Shown here one piece after another: positions 8,136 to 16,202 of a DNA stretch of 46,871 nucleotides (position 1 is the first letter of the stretch; every line of letters starts with the position of its first letter). The position numbers and the translations under genes were made by a program. Origin of the DNA: a virus; IMG/VR virus record IMGVR_UViG_3300043104_000084; one strand, given 5' to 3'. The notes beneath the pieces were generated by a model. That model saw nothing but the letters and a program-made list of their open reading frames with translations, had not been told where the DNA came from and made no database searches.

Positions 8136-8483
8136 TTAATAATCCCTCAACATATCCTGCAAATTTATCAAGTCTGCACACATCGGAAGTTCTTTTGATA
8201 AATAAAAAACTTTACTCTTAATATTTTTCATTGTTTCCCTAAGTTGTAACAATTCCTTATATTCTTTTGCCGTTATTTCCGCTTTGTCCTCTTTCTTGCA
8301 GTTTAAGTATTCCTCTATTTCATTTATCTGCTCTTCACTTCTTTTCATTTTGTTGTAGTATCTGTCGTACCCTGTATCTCTGTAGAAGTCCTCTGCTTCC
8401 TCATAATCGCTTTTTAATTTTTCAAGTGCTTTCCCAAGCGTCTTTTCTTTGTATTCCTCTACCTTTTGTATGTGCTTATTCAC
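8136..8483 (-). CDS. Hypothetical protein
   Basis: 115-aa charged helical ORF. Confidence 0.5.
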   Translation of the reverse strand: MNKHIQKVEEYKEKTLGKALEKLKSDYEEAEDFYRDTGYDRYYNKMKRSEEQINEIEEYLNCKKEDKAEITAKEYKELLQLRETMKNIKSKVFYLSKELPMCADLINLQDMLRDY

Positions 8484-8742
8484 GCTCTTTCCCTCCTGTT
8501 AATACTCTTTGTGCTTCTTTATAGTTTCTTGCTTTCAATGCCCTTAATATCCTTGCAAATACCGCTCCTGCCTGTCTGCCTAACTCTTTATTCATAAAAT
8601 CTATGTCCTCTGCGGTAAATATCCGCTTTGCGTCCGGGTCATTGATGATATTCTTGACCTGTATAACCTCTGTACCGCATAGCGTCCTTACTCCGCTTTT
8701 GAAATACTCTCTATCTTCTTTTGTCATTGCTGCTTTTTCCAT
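8476..8742 (-). CDS. Hypothetical protein
   Basis: 88-aa ORF with GGAGG RBS. First gene after the 320-bp non-coding region. Confidence 0.55.
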   Translation of the reverse strand: MEKAAMTKEDREYFKSGVRTLCGTEVIQVKNIINDPDAKRIFTAEDIDFMNKELGRQAGAVFARILRALKARNYKEAQRVLTGGKERE

Positions 8743-8755
8743 TGGCTACCTCCGT

Positions 8756-8811
8756 GTGTGCCTTGCACACTTTATACAATCTCTAAGGTTTAGGCACTCT
8801 ATAAAGTGTGC
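8756..8811 (-). promoter_or_regulatory. Leader with mutually exclusive hairpins next to the RBS of 8476..8742
   Basis: 12-bp inverted repeat GCACACTTTATA (8765..8776) / TATAAAGTGTGC (8800..8811), plus a third arm GTGTGC (8756..8761) that can pair with 8765..8770. Confidence 0.35.
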
Positions 8812-9064
8812 AACAACCTTTTGACCGGGTGGACTTCTCGGCATGGAATCCACCGCCTTTCTCGGCATTTGTGATAGGCGTTGCAATTTTTCACATTAAA
8901 AAATTACGAAAAACCTGTTGACCGTCCGCACGCTCTCTAGTTGGCGTACCCACTGCTATTTTTTCACTCTATCCCTGCTACGGCTGTTGGCTTGCCCTCG
9001 TCAGAAAACAGGTTGCCGACCTGTCTTGACGGTTCGGGGCGTTTGCCCCTACCGTTTCGGCTAT

Positions 9065-9325
9065 TTACATTATGCCCTCTAAGAAGATACCGTGACCGTT
9101 CCAACTCCACCCCTCTTTTTTCTCTGTATGTATCTGGTCTATATCAAACTTTTCTATTGTGTCTGAATCTTCCCATTTCACACATACTAAATCTTTAAGT
9201 TTCATTCCGGCACGTTCTAAAACCTCGTTGTGTCTATTTCTTTCAAAACCTGTTACCTCTCCTTTTCTCTCTGCGAAAAAGAAATAACTGATTACCTTAT
9301 CTCCTACCTGTAATTCCTTTGCCAT
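9065..9325 (-). CDS. Hypothetical protein
   Basis: 86-aa ORF with GGAGGT RBS. First gene downstream of promoter 9364..9392. Confidence 0.55.
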   Translation of the reverse strand: MAKELQVGDKVISYFFFAERKGEVTGFERNRHNEVLERAGMKLKDLVCVKWEDSDTIEKFDIDQIHTEKKEGWSWNGHGIFLEGIM

Positions 9326-9363
9326 ATCTCATTACCTCCGTGTTGTTTTCTTTTGATGATTCT

Positions 9364-9392
9364 ATTATATACTTATATAAGTATAATTGCAA
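9364..9392 (-). promoter_or_regulatory. Sigma-70-type promoter TTGCAA-17 nt-TATAAT with palindromic operator O1 filling the spacer
   Basis: Minus strand reads TTGCAAttatacttatataagtaTATAAT. Confidence 0.65.
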
Positions 9393-9466
9393 CCCGGTAT
9401 AATTCACAAATATACTTGTATAAGTATATTCATAATTTGTGCAACTTGTATACTTATATAAGTATT
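9368..9466. promoter_or_regulatory. Operators O1-O3 of the 18-bp palindrome TATACTTATATAAGTATA
   Basis: O1 9368..9385 (perfect), O2 9411..9428 (TATACTTGTATAAGTATA), O3 9449..9466 (17/18). Confidence 0.75.
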
Positions 9467-9761
9467 ATTGAGTATTTCCCATTTTTTCTTTCAACTGCTG
9501 CCGTTTTTCTTTCAGATACTTCATGTAATCGCCGTATGTCATTCCTTTAGGCGTGATTTTCTTTTGTATTTCCTGTGCCTGCTGCACTTTTTCCGTTAAT
9601 ACTGCTGCCTTTGTTACCTTTCTCGGCTCTTGCTCCGGCTGTTCTATCGGCTTTATTCCTAACCGCCTTGCCTGTCTGTTTGGCTTTGCCGTGTTGTATG
9701 TAAGTATGTTGTTACCGCCCTTGTGGTACACCTTTCTTTTCCGCTTCTTAGATTTTGCCAT
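9465..9761 (-). CDS. Hypothetical basic protein
   Basis: 98-aa Lys/Arg-rich ORF. Confidence 0.5.
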   Translation of the reverse strand: MAKSKKRKRKVYHKGGNNILTYNTAKPNRQARRLGIKPIEQPEQEPRKVTKAAVLTEKVQQAQEIQKKITPKGMTYGDYMKYLKEKRQQLKEKMGNTQ

Positions 9762-9963
9762 TTTCCAAATCCTCCGCTATTTCCATGATACCTTGCACAC
9801 AATCCTTTATATTTCCGTCTGTATCCGCCGTTATGCTCAAAATATCGCTTATCTGTCTTAACCTTTGTATCTGCTCTTTTCCAACTGCTGCCCGTTGTAA
9901 GCACTCCGGGCAGACTTCCGCAACCTCCAATGCTTTTTTACCGCATACTTGGCATTTCTTCAC
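9748..9963 (-). CDS. Hypothetical zinc-ribbon-like protein
   Basis: 71 aa. GTG start. CxxC...CxxC at the N-terminus. Confidence 0.4.
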   Translation of the reverse strand: MKKCQVCGKKALEVAEVCPECLQRAAVGKEQIQRLRQISDILSITADTDGNIKDCVQGIMEIAEDLENGKI

Positions 9964-10132
9964 TTTGTACCGACCCCCATTTTCCCGCCTGCATAGTTTC
10001 TGTTTCTGTGTTATATCGTAACCTCATAAGATTTCTTCCATTCCTCGCCCTCCTAAATCTTTTTAATGTTCTTTCATTCCACCAATACTTAAATACCGTT
10101 TTATAAAACGCTTTCGTTTTCTCTTTCATCAA
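9938..10132 (-). CDS. Hypothetical basic protein (weak call)
   Basis: 64-aa ORF bridging dcm and the next gene. Overlaps both neighbours, no clear RBS. Confidence 0.25.
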   Translation of the reverse strand: MMKEKTKAFYKTVFKYWWNERTLKRFRRARNGRNLMRLRYNTETETMQAGKWGSVQSEEMPSMR

Positions 10133-10445
10133 TTACCGCCTCTCCCAATGCGTCTAATATCCCCAAATAGACCCTTTCCGCACAATACACGCATATACTG
10201 TTACCTATTGCCCTGTACCGTGCTGTGTCCGCTATTTCCGTGCCGTCTGCTCCGTATCTGGTCCAATCGTCCGGGTATCCCTGCAAGCGTTCGCACTCAA
10301 TCGGAATCAATCGGCGGATAACATAAACAACCGTCTGTACTTTTTTCTTTAATATGTCTTTAATGCTTCTCTTAGGCTTGCTAGGGATATTCTCCCTTGT
10401 CTTGGTACTCTCTGTTATCAGAGTTTCCGACCCTCCGCCGTATGA

Positions 10446-10453
10446 CCCCCCCC
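10446..10453. repeat. Homopolymer C8 (G8 on coding strand) at the dcm frameshift point
   Basis: Counted directly: gaCCCCCCCCgc. Confidence 0.9.
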
Positions 10454-10995
10454 GCTGCTCTTAAAGTGCCGTTAATCTCTGTTTCCCTGTATCCTCCGTG
10501 TTGGTTTTCCTCAAATGCTTTCTTGTCGGTTTTTACTACCAACGGCGTATCTCCCCTTATGGTGTTATTCTGTCCGGCTGTTAATGTTCCGCTTGTACCG
10601 CTTTCCCTGTATCCGTGGTGCTGATACGCTTCGTAGAAAACGCTATGCACATCCTGTACCGTCAATGTAGGACACGGACCCCCGACCTCTCCAACGCCTA
10701 ATCCGTTGCTATTCTTCATCCGTGTAACCTCGTTTCGGAGTGGAGTTACATTCTTTTTCTCAATGAATACCGTTGTTGTTCCGCCCGTCATTATCGTAGG
10801 TGCTTTTTCCTCTTCGTATCCTAACCCTTTTCCGTTACCGCCTTGATTGTATATAAAGCCTGCTGCCTTTTCTTCTTTCAAAATGCACGGTACTTGACCT
10901 CCTGCACTTCCCATGTTCTGCAAGAGAGTAGGCGTTTTATCCTCAAATGTCCTTACCACGCTGTCAGCGTGTGCAAAGTCAAGACCTAAAACCTC

Positions 10996-11002
10996 CCCCC
11001 CT
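10996..11002. repeat. Homopolymer C7 (G7 on coding strand) inside dcm, at the end of the +1 overlapping ORF
   Basis: Counted directly: cctCCCCCCCtcgg. Confidence 0.9.
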
Positions 11003-11723
11003 CGGCTACTTTCTGTTCTAATGCTATCCGTAGGTTGTCCGGCAGTTTCCGCCCTTTCGCCTTTGCTCTTCGGAGTATACCCAAGCAGGCTTTCGGACTT
11101 AAAAAGTATTTCTCCTGCACGTTGTCCTCCAAAATCTCCGACAAGGTAGATTCTCTTTCTACGTTGGGGTACTCCCCAATATTGAGCGTCAAGGATTCTC
11201 CAAGCGGTGTCAACTGCTGCCCCTCTAACCATTCCTGCGTTTCCCCATTTTCCACTTGCAGGCATTGGAATATCGGTTTTTGTGATTGCTTCAAGCACGG
11301 CTCTAAAATCCGCTCCGTCCCGACTTGAAAAAGCACCGGGTACGTTTTCCCAAATAATGAAAGTTGGATATTTTCCATTTGTTGCTAACCTCATTTCGTC
11401 TATAATTCGTATTGCTTCCATGAACAACCCCGAACGGTTGCCTTTTAACCCTTTTCTCTGCCCTGCTATGCTTAAATCTTGGCAAGGACTACCAAAAGTG
11501 ATTATATCCACAGGTTGTATTTCATCCCCTTTTAATTCCGTCACGCTCCCAACGTGCATTACTTCCGGGAAACGGAATCTTGTAATGTCAATACAACTCT
11601 GCTCTATCTCTGCTGCCCATATCGGCTTTATCCTGCCTGTAAGCGTTGCTGCATAGCAGAAACCGCCGATACCGTCAAACAGGCTTCCTAGTGTTAATTC
11701 TGCTGCCATATTCCGACCTCCCG

Positions 11724-12023
11724 CTACACATCAAAGGAATAATCCCATACATTCTCATTCCCTGTCAGTTCAATATCTCCGCTGTGTATATAAGCCTTGC
11801 ATTTAAAAAACGCTTCTGAATGGTCGTTTGATTCCTCTACTTCGCTTTCGTCCAATTCAACCTCAATAACGCTCATATTTTTCATTCCTCGCATTACAAG
11901 AAATTTGCACGAATCAACCGCTTCCTTGCAGAGGTATACAACTCCGTCCCACGATTTCTTGATTCTTCCCTCTCCTACAATCTTTATCATTGTTTCCTTT
12001 GGTGCTGCATGATAATATTTCAT
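11724..12023 (-). CDS. Hypothetical protein
   Basis: 99-aa ORF. Confidence 0.5.
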   Translation of the reverse strand: MKYYHAAPKETMIKIVGEGRIKKSWDGVVYLCKEAVDSCKFLVMRGMKNMSVIEVELDESEVEESNDHSEAFFKCKAYIHSGDIELTGNENVWDYSFDV

Positions 12024-12025
12024 CC

Positions 12026-12313
12026 TTACCAGTCCTCCAATTTCTTAACTCTCGCCTGTAGATTGGCTATTGTCGTTTTCATATCCTCTATCTGATACGG
12101 CAACACGTCCGTGTTTTCAAACATATACAGGACTTCTACCGCCCTGTCTGTACTGATACCCTGTTTTAATCGTGGCTTCTTGCTCTTTGGGTCAATCTCT
12201 GTTAATCTGCCATTCTTAAACTTTTTCTTGGTATCCTTTGCCGGCCCCGGCATTGCCTTTTTTATCATGTTGTAATATGGGATTCCCGCCCCGGCTAATC
12301 CGTCAAGTCGCAC
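12026..12313 (-). CDS. Hypothetical protein
   Basis: Start chosen at GTG 12313, 7 nt after AGGGAGGG. The track ORF begins at TTG 12346. Confidence 0.45.
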   Translation of the reverse strand: MRLDGLAGAGIPYYNMIKKAMPGPAKDTKKKFKNGRLTEIDPKSKKPRLKQGISTDRAVEVLYMFENTDVLPYQIEDMKTTIANLQARVKKLEDW

Positions 12314-12956
12314 TCTGCAACCCTCCCTCTTCCGTGTCGGTGTCAATATCCTGTATTGCTCCCTTTTGTCTTAAATACCTGTCAAGAAAATGTACTGCAC
12401 CGTCAAATTTTACTCTGTATTTGTCTACATCTGCTACCGTTATGTATTGCCTGCCGTATATTTCTTTCATATCTCGCCATACATTCCAAGGAATAAAGAA
12501 AAAATCGTCCTGTATATTCACGCATACGCCACATAACGCTCCTAACCTGTTGTGTTTCTCCAATGCTTCCATTTGCGTATCTGTAAGCACATTCCGGGTT
12601 ATTCTGTCTTTGCTTGTCCGCTTCGCTTCAAACATGATAGAGCGTCCCCCGTATAAGGTCCCTTGAAAGTCCGGTTGTGCCGGAGTGCTGAAACGACCTG
12701 TAAATATTCCGTCACGGCTTTTCTTTTGTACTCTGAACGGTTCGGGCGTTTTGTCTATCACGGCTATATTGTGCTGTGCGTAATATCTGCACCCGGCTAA
12801 AATCTCTCTTTCAAAGTGCTGCCCCTGTGCGTTGTTCCTCCTGTTTTGGTACTGCTGCCGTAATTTGCTTTCGTCTATCGGATTCTCTCTAGCCTGCTGC
12901 CATTTCTGCAACTCTTTCTCCGTGTCCGAATCGGTCACAATTCCTTGTCCTATCAC
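12303..12956 (-). CDS. recU: RecU-like Holliday-junction resolvase
   Basis: Pattern GQHFEREI...AVIDKTPEP...PDFQGTLYGGRSIMFEAKRT resembles the RecU catalytic core. Confidence 0.55.
   Translation of the reverse strand: MIGQGIVTDSDTEKELQKWQQARENPIDESKLRQQYQNRRNNAQGQHFEREILAGCRYYAQHNIAVIDKTPEPFRVQKKSRDGIFTGRFSTPAQPDFQGTLYGGRSIMFEAKRTSKDRITRNVLTDTQMEALEKHNRLGALCGVCVNIQDDFFFIPWNVWRDMKEIYGRQYITVADVDKYRVKFDGAVHFLDRYLRQKGAIQDIDTDTEEGGLQSAT
12922..12938. repeat. 17-nt palindrome copy 2: GTGTCCGAATCGGTCAC
   Basis: Read directly. Encodes VTDSDT at residues 7-12 of the RecU-like protein. Confidence 0.9.
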
Positions 12957-12969
12957 AATTCCCTACCTC

Positions 12970-13263
12970 CTAAACAAAATACTTATCCGTTGCAAGTGCG
13001 TATCCGTATTCTTGATTCGCTCCCCTGCTGTTTTCCCAACCCGGCATCTGATGAAAGTAATTACACATATCAAGCAATACAAAACACAATTTCATATACT
13101 CCCCATGCTCTAACTCCGGCAATGTCGCACACATCTTTTGCGGATTGAGTACCTTGTACCCTGCCTTTGTAAATTCTTCCTCTGTCTTTCTAAACCTTTC
13201 CTCTGCGTCCTGCGTTCCTGTTACCGCCCCGCTTATGTATAATACCTTTTCCTGTTCTACCAT
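12970..13263 (-). CDS. DUF4406-like (nucleoside deoxyribosyltransferase-like fold) protein
   Basis: 97 aa. LYISGAVTG...F...A..L...GY.VLNP pattern. Confidence 0.5.
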   Translation of the reverse strand: MVEQEKVLYISGAVTGTQDAEERFRKTEEEFTKAGYKVLNPQKMCATLPELEHGEYMKLCFVLLDMCNYFHQMPGWENSRGANQEYGYALATDKYFV

Positions 13264-13278
13264 TCGCTCATTTCTCCT

Positions 13279-13530
13279 TTACTTATTTTTCTGATTCCCT
13301 ACCAACTCCTGCCACGGTATCAACTGCATTTTCTTCTTTCCGTCCAGTTCGTAGATAAAAGATACTGTGCCTTTCTTTAGGCTATGCTCTGCTATAATGT
13401 CCGTAATTGTCATTAGTGCCGTTCCCGCTTTTCTTGGGTATCCAGTAACGCCCATTCCCTCAATTATGGATACTTCCACGGTATCCCCCAACTCATAAGG
13501 GCAATATGCTATAAACCCTGCTTTTTGCAT
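13279..13530 (-). CDS. Hypothetical protein
   Basis: Start at ATG 13530 overlapping the upstream stop (TAATG), with AGGAGAGG RBS. Confidence 0.5.
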   Translation of the reverse strand: MQKAGFIAYCPYELGDTVEVSIIEGMGVTGYPRKAGTALMTITDIIAEHSLKKGTVSFIYELDGKKKMQLIPWQELVGNQKNK

Positions 13531-13853
13531 TAGCAACCTCTCCTTTCCTTGATTTCGTGTATTTTGAGTGTGTAATACTCTTTTCCGTGTTCTGCTCCCC
13601 ATTCTTCCTTTCCTGTCTTTATGTCAAGCGTACATACCGCTATAAACTCCGGTCTACTGCTGCCGTACCCATTTCTGAAACATATTTCTCTTTTGTCGGT
13701 CCCTTTTGGTATGTTTGAGTACGGGAACATTTCAAAGATTTTCTTAAATCTGCTTATGTAATATGGCTTTATCTCTCTGTACTCTTCCTGTTTTTCTCCG
13801 GACAGAATCATATAAAACCATTTACCCTTTATTGGTAGTGTCAGCATTTGCAC
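13530..13853 (-). CDS. ASCH-domain protein
   Basis: N-terminus LTLPIKGKWFYMILSGEKQEEYREIKPYY is typical of ASCH. Confidence 0.6.
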   Translation of the reverse strand: MQMLTLPIKGKWFYMILSGEKQEEYREIKPYYISRFKKIFEMFPYSNIPKGTDKREICFRNGYGSSRPEFIAVCTLDIKTGKEEWGAEHGKEYYTLKIHEIKERRGC

Positions 13854-14242
13854 CGCTCCCCCTCTTTTCCGCTTGTCATTCTTTTATAGCAATACAATGT
13901 TGCTTTTACATCCTCCAAGGAATCGTGAGCCTTAAACTCATATCCGTAATATCTTGCACATTTAATAAGGCTCTGCCATTTGTAACCGCCGTGCTTTTCG
14001 CTTCTCTCTCCGTAGATTTTTGCAAATACAGGCATAGGGTCAAACCACTTTTTGTTATCTACCTCTATCCCATATTCCCTTAAAAATCCGTCCTCAAATG
14101 CAGAATTGTAGGCTATCACGGTATCCGCCTTATTCAGAATGTCTTGTACTGCTGCCGTGTATCCATCAATTATTGAAACCTGTAACACTTCATCCGTTCC
14201 CGGCTTCAATCCTGTTGTTTCAAAGTCAATTACTGCTATCAT
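13841..14242 (-). CDS. DEDD-family 3'-5' exonuclease (short)
   Basis: ExoI VIDFETTG, ExoII AYNSAFED, ExoIII HDSLEDV. Confidence 0.65.
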   Translation of the reverse strand: MIAVIDFETTGLKPGTDEVLQVSIIDGYTAAVQDILNKADTVIAYNSAFEDGFLREYGIEVDNKKWFDPMPVFAKIYGERSEKHGGYKWQSLIKCARYYGYEFKAHDSLEDVKATLYCYKRMTSGKEGERCKC

Positions 14243-15170
14243 TCGATACCTCCAATCTCTGTTTTACCCAAGGTCTTTTATCTAAATACTCTTTCCAAGT
14301 TTCTTTCCTGTAGAGATTTCCGTATATGTAACGGTTGGTAAACTCCAACTGTGCTTTGTCCGGTCTTATCCCTAATCCCTCGTTTCTCTCTGCCTGTGCG
14401 TAAAGGTGTATGCCTTTATGCTTTTTCAACTGCTGCACTCTGTAATCCGCTTCGTCAAGGTCTTTCCTCACAAGCACATATATAAATAGCCTGTAAGGTT
14501 TTATCCCTCTCCTGCCTAACATATCCGCCACTTTGTCAATGTGTTTTATCTGTCCTATTGTGTCGCACGAAAAGCGTATGTATTTTATCCAATCAAGCCT
14601 TGCCAATATGTCCGCTATTTCCTCTGTTACTAATCTTGCGTCCATTCCTTGATTTAGGTCTATTTTCCAACCTTTGCCTATCATATCCCGCAACTGCCCT
14701 ATTCCGTACTCGCTCGCCAAAATGTTATTATCCATGAGTATAAGTTTCGGCGTGTCATATCTTACTAACTGCGTCCATGACCTGTACGGCTTTATGTTTC
14801 CCTCTTTTCTCGGCACATAGCACCAAGGGCATTTGTTGGGGCAACCCCTTGTAATGTATCCTATTGCATAATCACATTCCGGGTATATGGTGTAATCCGG
14901 GTACATATCCTCAATTTCTTGTGGCAATTTCTTCTCTATGTCGTATCCTGTACCGCCTTTTATCGTGTCCGGCGGTAGGTTTTTGTTTTCCTCTGTAAAA
15001 TCAAATATCTTAGACGAATATACAAGGTCGTATGTTTTCCCCTGCTCCCACCATTCCACGGTATCTCCTTTTTCCTTGTGGTATGCTGATATTTTCATAA
15101 GTGCATAGTTCGGAAATGTTTTAGCCTTTTTGAAATGTTCCTTTTCGCTATCGTGCAATCCTATCAGCAA
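14226..15170 (-). CDS. Radical SAM protein, function unknown
   Basis: CxxxCxxC cluster motif GCPNKCPWCYVP. 314 aa. Confidence 0.75.
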   Translation of the reverse strand: MLIGLHDSEKEHFKKAKTFPNYALMKISAYHKEKGDTVEWWEQGKTYDLVYSSKIFDFTEENKNLPPDTIKGGTGYDIEKKLPQEIEDMYPDYTIYPECDYAIGYITRGCPNKCPWCYVPRKEGNIKPYRSWTQLVRYDTPKLILMDNNILASEYGIGQLRDMIGKGWKIDLNQGMDARLVTEEIADILARLDWIKYIRFSCDTIGQIKHIDKVADMLGRRGIKPYRLFIYVLVRKDLDEADYRVQQLKKHKGIHLYAQAERNEGLGIRPDKAQLEFTNRYIYGNLYRKETWKEYLDKRPWVKQRLEVSNDSSN

Positions 15171-15171
15171 C

Positions 15172-16026
15172 CTAATCCCTCACTTTCCGCAACCGTAGGT
15201 AGACGCTCCACCCGGTATAATCGTTATACTGAAAATCTATCTTTGTCGGCTCATACCCCATGTACTGCTTACGCCATACCTCTTTATCTTCCGGGGTCTG
15301 TGCTAATTCCCTTAATTTTCTGAAACTATATTTATGGTCGTTTTTCTTTTCCTTTGGTTTCTCTAAATTCTGTGATGTACTCCATTTCTTGCACCCTTTT
15401 TTACGCTTATTGATATAGTTTACCAATCCCTCTATACCGTTTTCGTTTGGCTGCAATCTGTCACAATTTACGAATCCTAAATAGTCAACATTGTTTCTGT
15501 ACTCTGTATCCTCTGCCTTTTTCCAATTTATCCTTGTACTGCTCCACATCAACTCTAAATCCTCCCTCGGAAGTCCTGCGTTGATGATAATATGGTGGTG
15601 GATTCTTACCGCCTTGGTCTGCTTGTCCTCCGTTCCCTCTAAGGTCAACTGCTGCCCCTCTTCATCCTCCGGCGTGTATTCCGTCACAAGCATATATTTA
15701 AGGTCTTTCCCTGTTATCTTTTTCATTCTCCTTTTGACCCTATTTAGATAGTTATGTACGTTCTTTTCCGCTTCCTCCAAGGTCATAGGCAGGTGCTTAT
15801 CATTGTATGTTGCCGATATGTGTAAATCTCCTGCCCCAAAATTGGTATTGGCTATCTGAACGAACCGCCTTTTGCTCCTTTTTTCGTTCAAATTCTTTTG
15901 AGCCTGTGAGGATTTCCCTTTTTTCTCTTTCCCTGCTTCCGGCATATTCGTAACCGGGATTATATCTACCTCTAGCCACTCTTGACCGCAATATACCCTC
16001 TTCTCTCTAATGAAACTCTTACGCAT
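15172..16026 (-). CDS. Putative HUH-type rolling-circle replication initiator
   Basis: Three ordered motifs resemble RCR Rep motifs I-III: DLHISATY, RIHHHIIIN, GLVNYINKRKK. Confidence 0.5.
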   Translation of the reverse strand: MRKSFIREKRVYCGQEWLEVDIIPVTNMPEAGKEKKGKSSQAQKNLNEKRSKRRFVQIANTNFGAGDLHISATYNDKHLPMTLEEAEKNVHNYLNRVKRRMKKITGKDLKYMLVTEYTPEDEEGQQLTLEGTEDKQTKAVRIHHHIIINAGLPREDLELMWSSTRINWKKAEDTEYRNNVDYLGFVNCDRLQPNENGIEGLVNYINKRKKGCKKWSTSQNLEKPKEKKNDHKYSFRKLRELAQTPEDKEVWRKQYMGYEPTKIDFQYNDYTGWSVYLRLRKVRD

Positions 16027-16083
16027 TTATCCAATTCTCCTTATACTATCTTTCCACCTCTTCCCCTATATGCCCTCATAACA

Positions 16084-16119
16084 TATACTTATATAACTAT
16101 ACATACTTATACAAGTATA
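16084..16119. promoter_or_regulatory. Operators O4-O5 (tandem, abutting) upstream of rep-like gene
   Basis: O4 16084..16101 TATACTTATATAACTATA; O5 16102..16119 CATACTTATACAAGTATA. Confidence 0.7.
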
Positions 16120-16162
16120 TTTCTGTGTTATGATTGAGATGTTAATACCCCATACAAGGTCC

Positions 16163-16188
16163 GAAACGTGCCTTTTCGTACACGTTTC
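16163..16188. other. 8-bp stem / 10-nt loop hairpin, candidate origin (nick-site) structure
   Basis: GAAACGTG-ccttttcgta-CACGTTTC in the rep-proximal intergenic region. Confidence 0.25.
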
Positions 16189-16202
16189 TGTAGGCTTTTC
16201 GG

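Larger units (their letters stand above)
10101..11709 (-). pseudogene. dcm: DNA (cytosine-5)-methyltransferase split by a frameshift at a G8 tract (ORFs 10381..11709 and 10101..10310)
   Basis: Motifs FDGIGGF (I), GSPCQDLS (IV), ENVPG (VI) and QRRKRIYLV (VIII) are in the long ORF. Motifs ECERLQGYPDDWT and AIGNS (IX/X) are in the short ORF. Removing one G restores a single frame. Confidence 0.85.

Noticed and set aside
8743-9064. tRNA, tmRNA or rRNA genes in the larger intergenic regions (8743..9064, 16027..16286, 21707..21846, 22299..22457)
   Set aside because: I could not fold any cloverleaf with acceptor/T-arm features by eye. No RNA gene is claimed without a tRNAscan-type search.
9350-9470. 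Clusters of the 18-bp repeat (also 16084..16119, 22050..22099) as a possible CRISPR array
   Set aside because: The repeats are perfect palindromes. There are only 1-3 per locus, with irregular 0-43 bp spacing. They overlap promoter elements, and there are no cas genes. Operators are the better reading.
9659-9904. Other same-strand overlapping ORFs: 562..789, 793..981, 1252..1467, 9659..9904, 11303..11485, 15800..15991, 17350..17532, 44584..44766
   Set aside because: They are short, Arg/Gly-rich or otherwise compositionally skewed, lie fully inside well-supported genes, and have no RBS. They are treated as noise. Only 10986..11378 seemed worth flagging.
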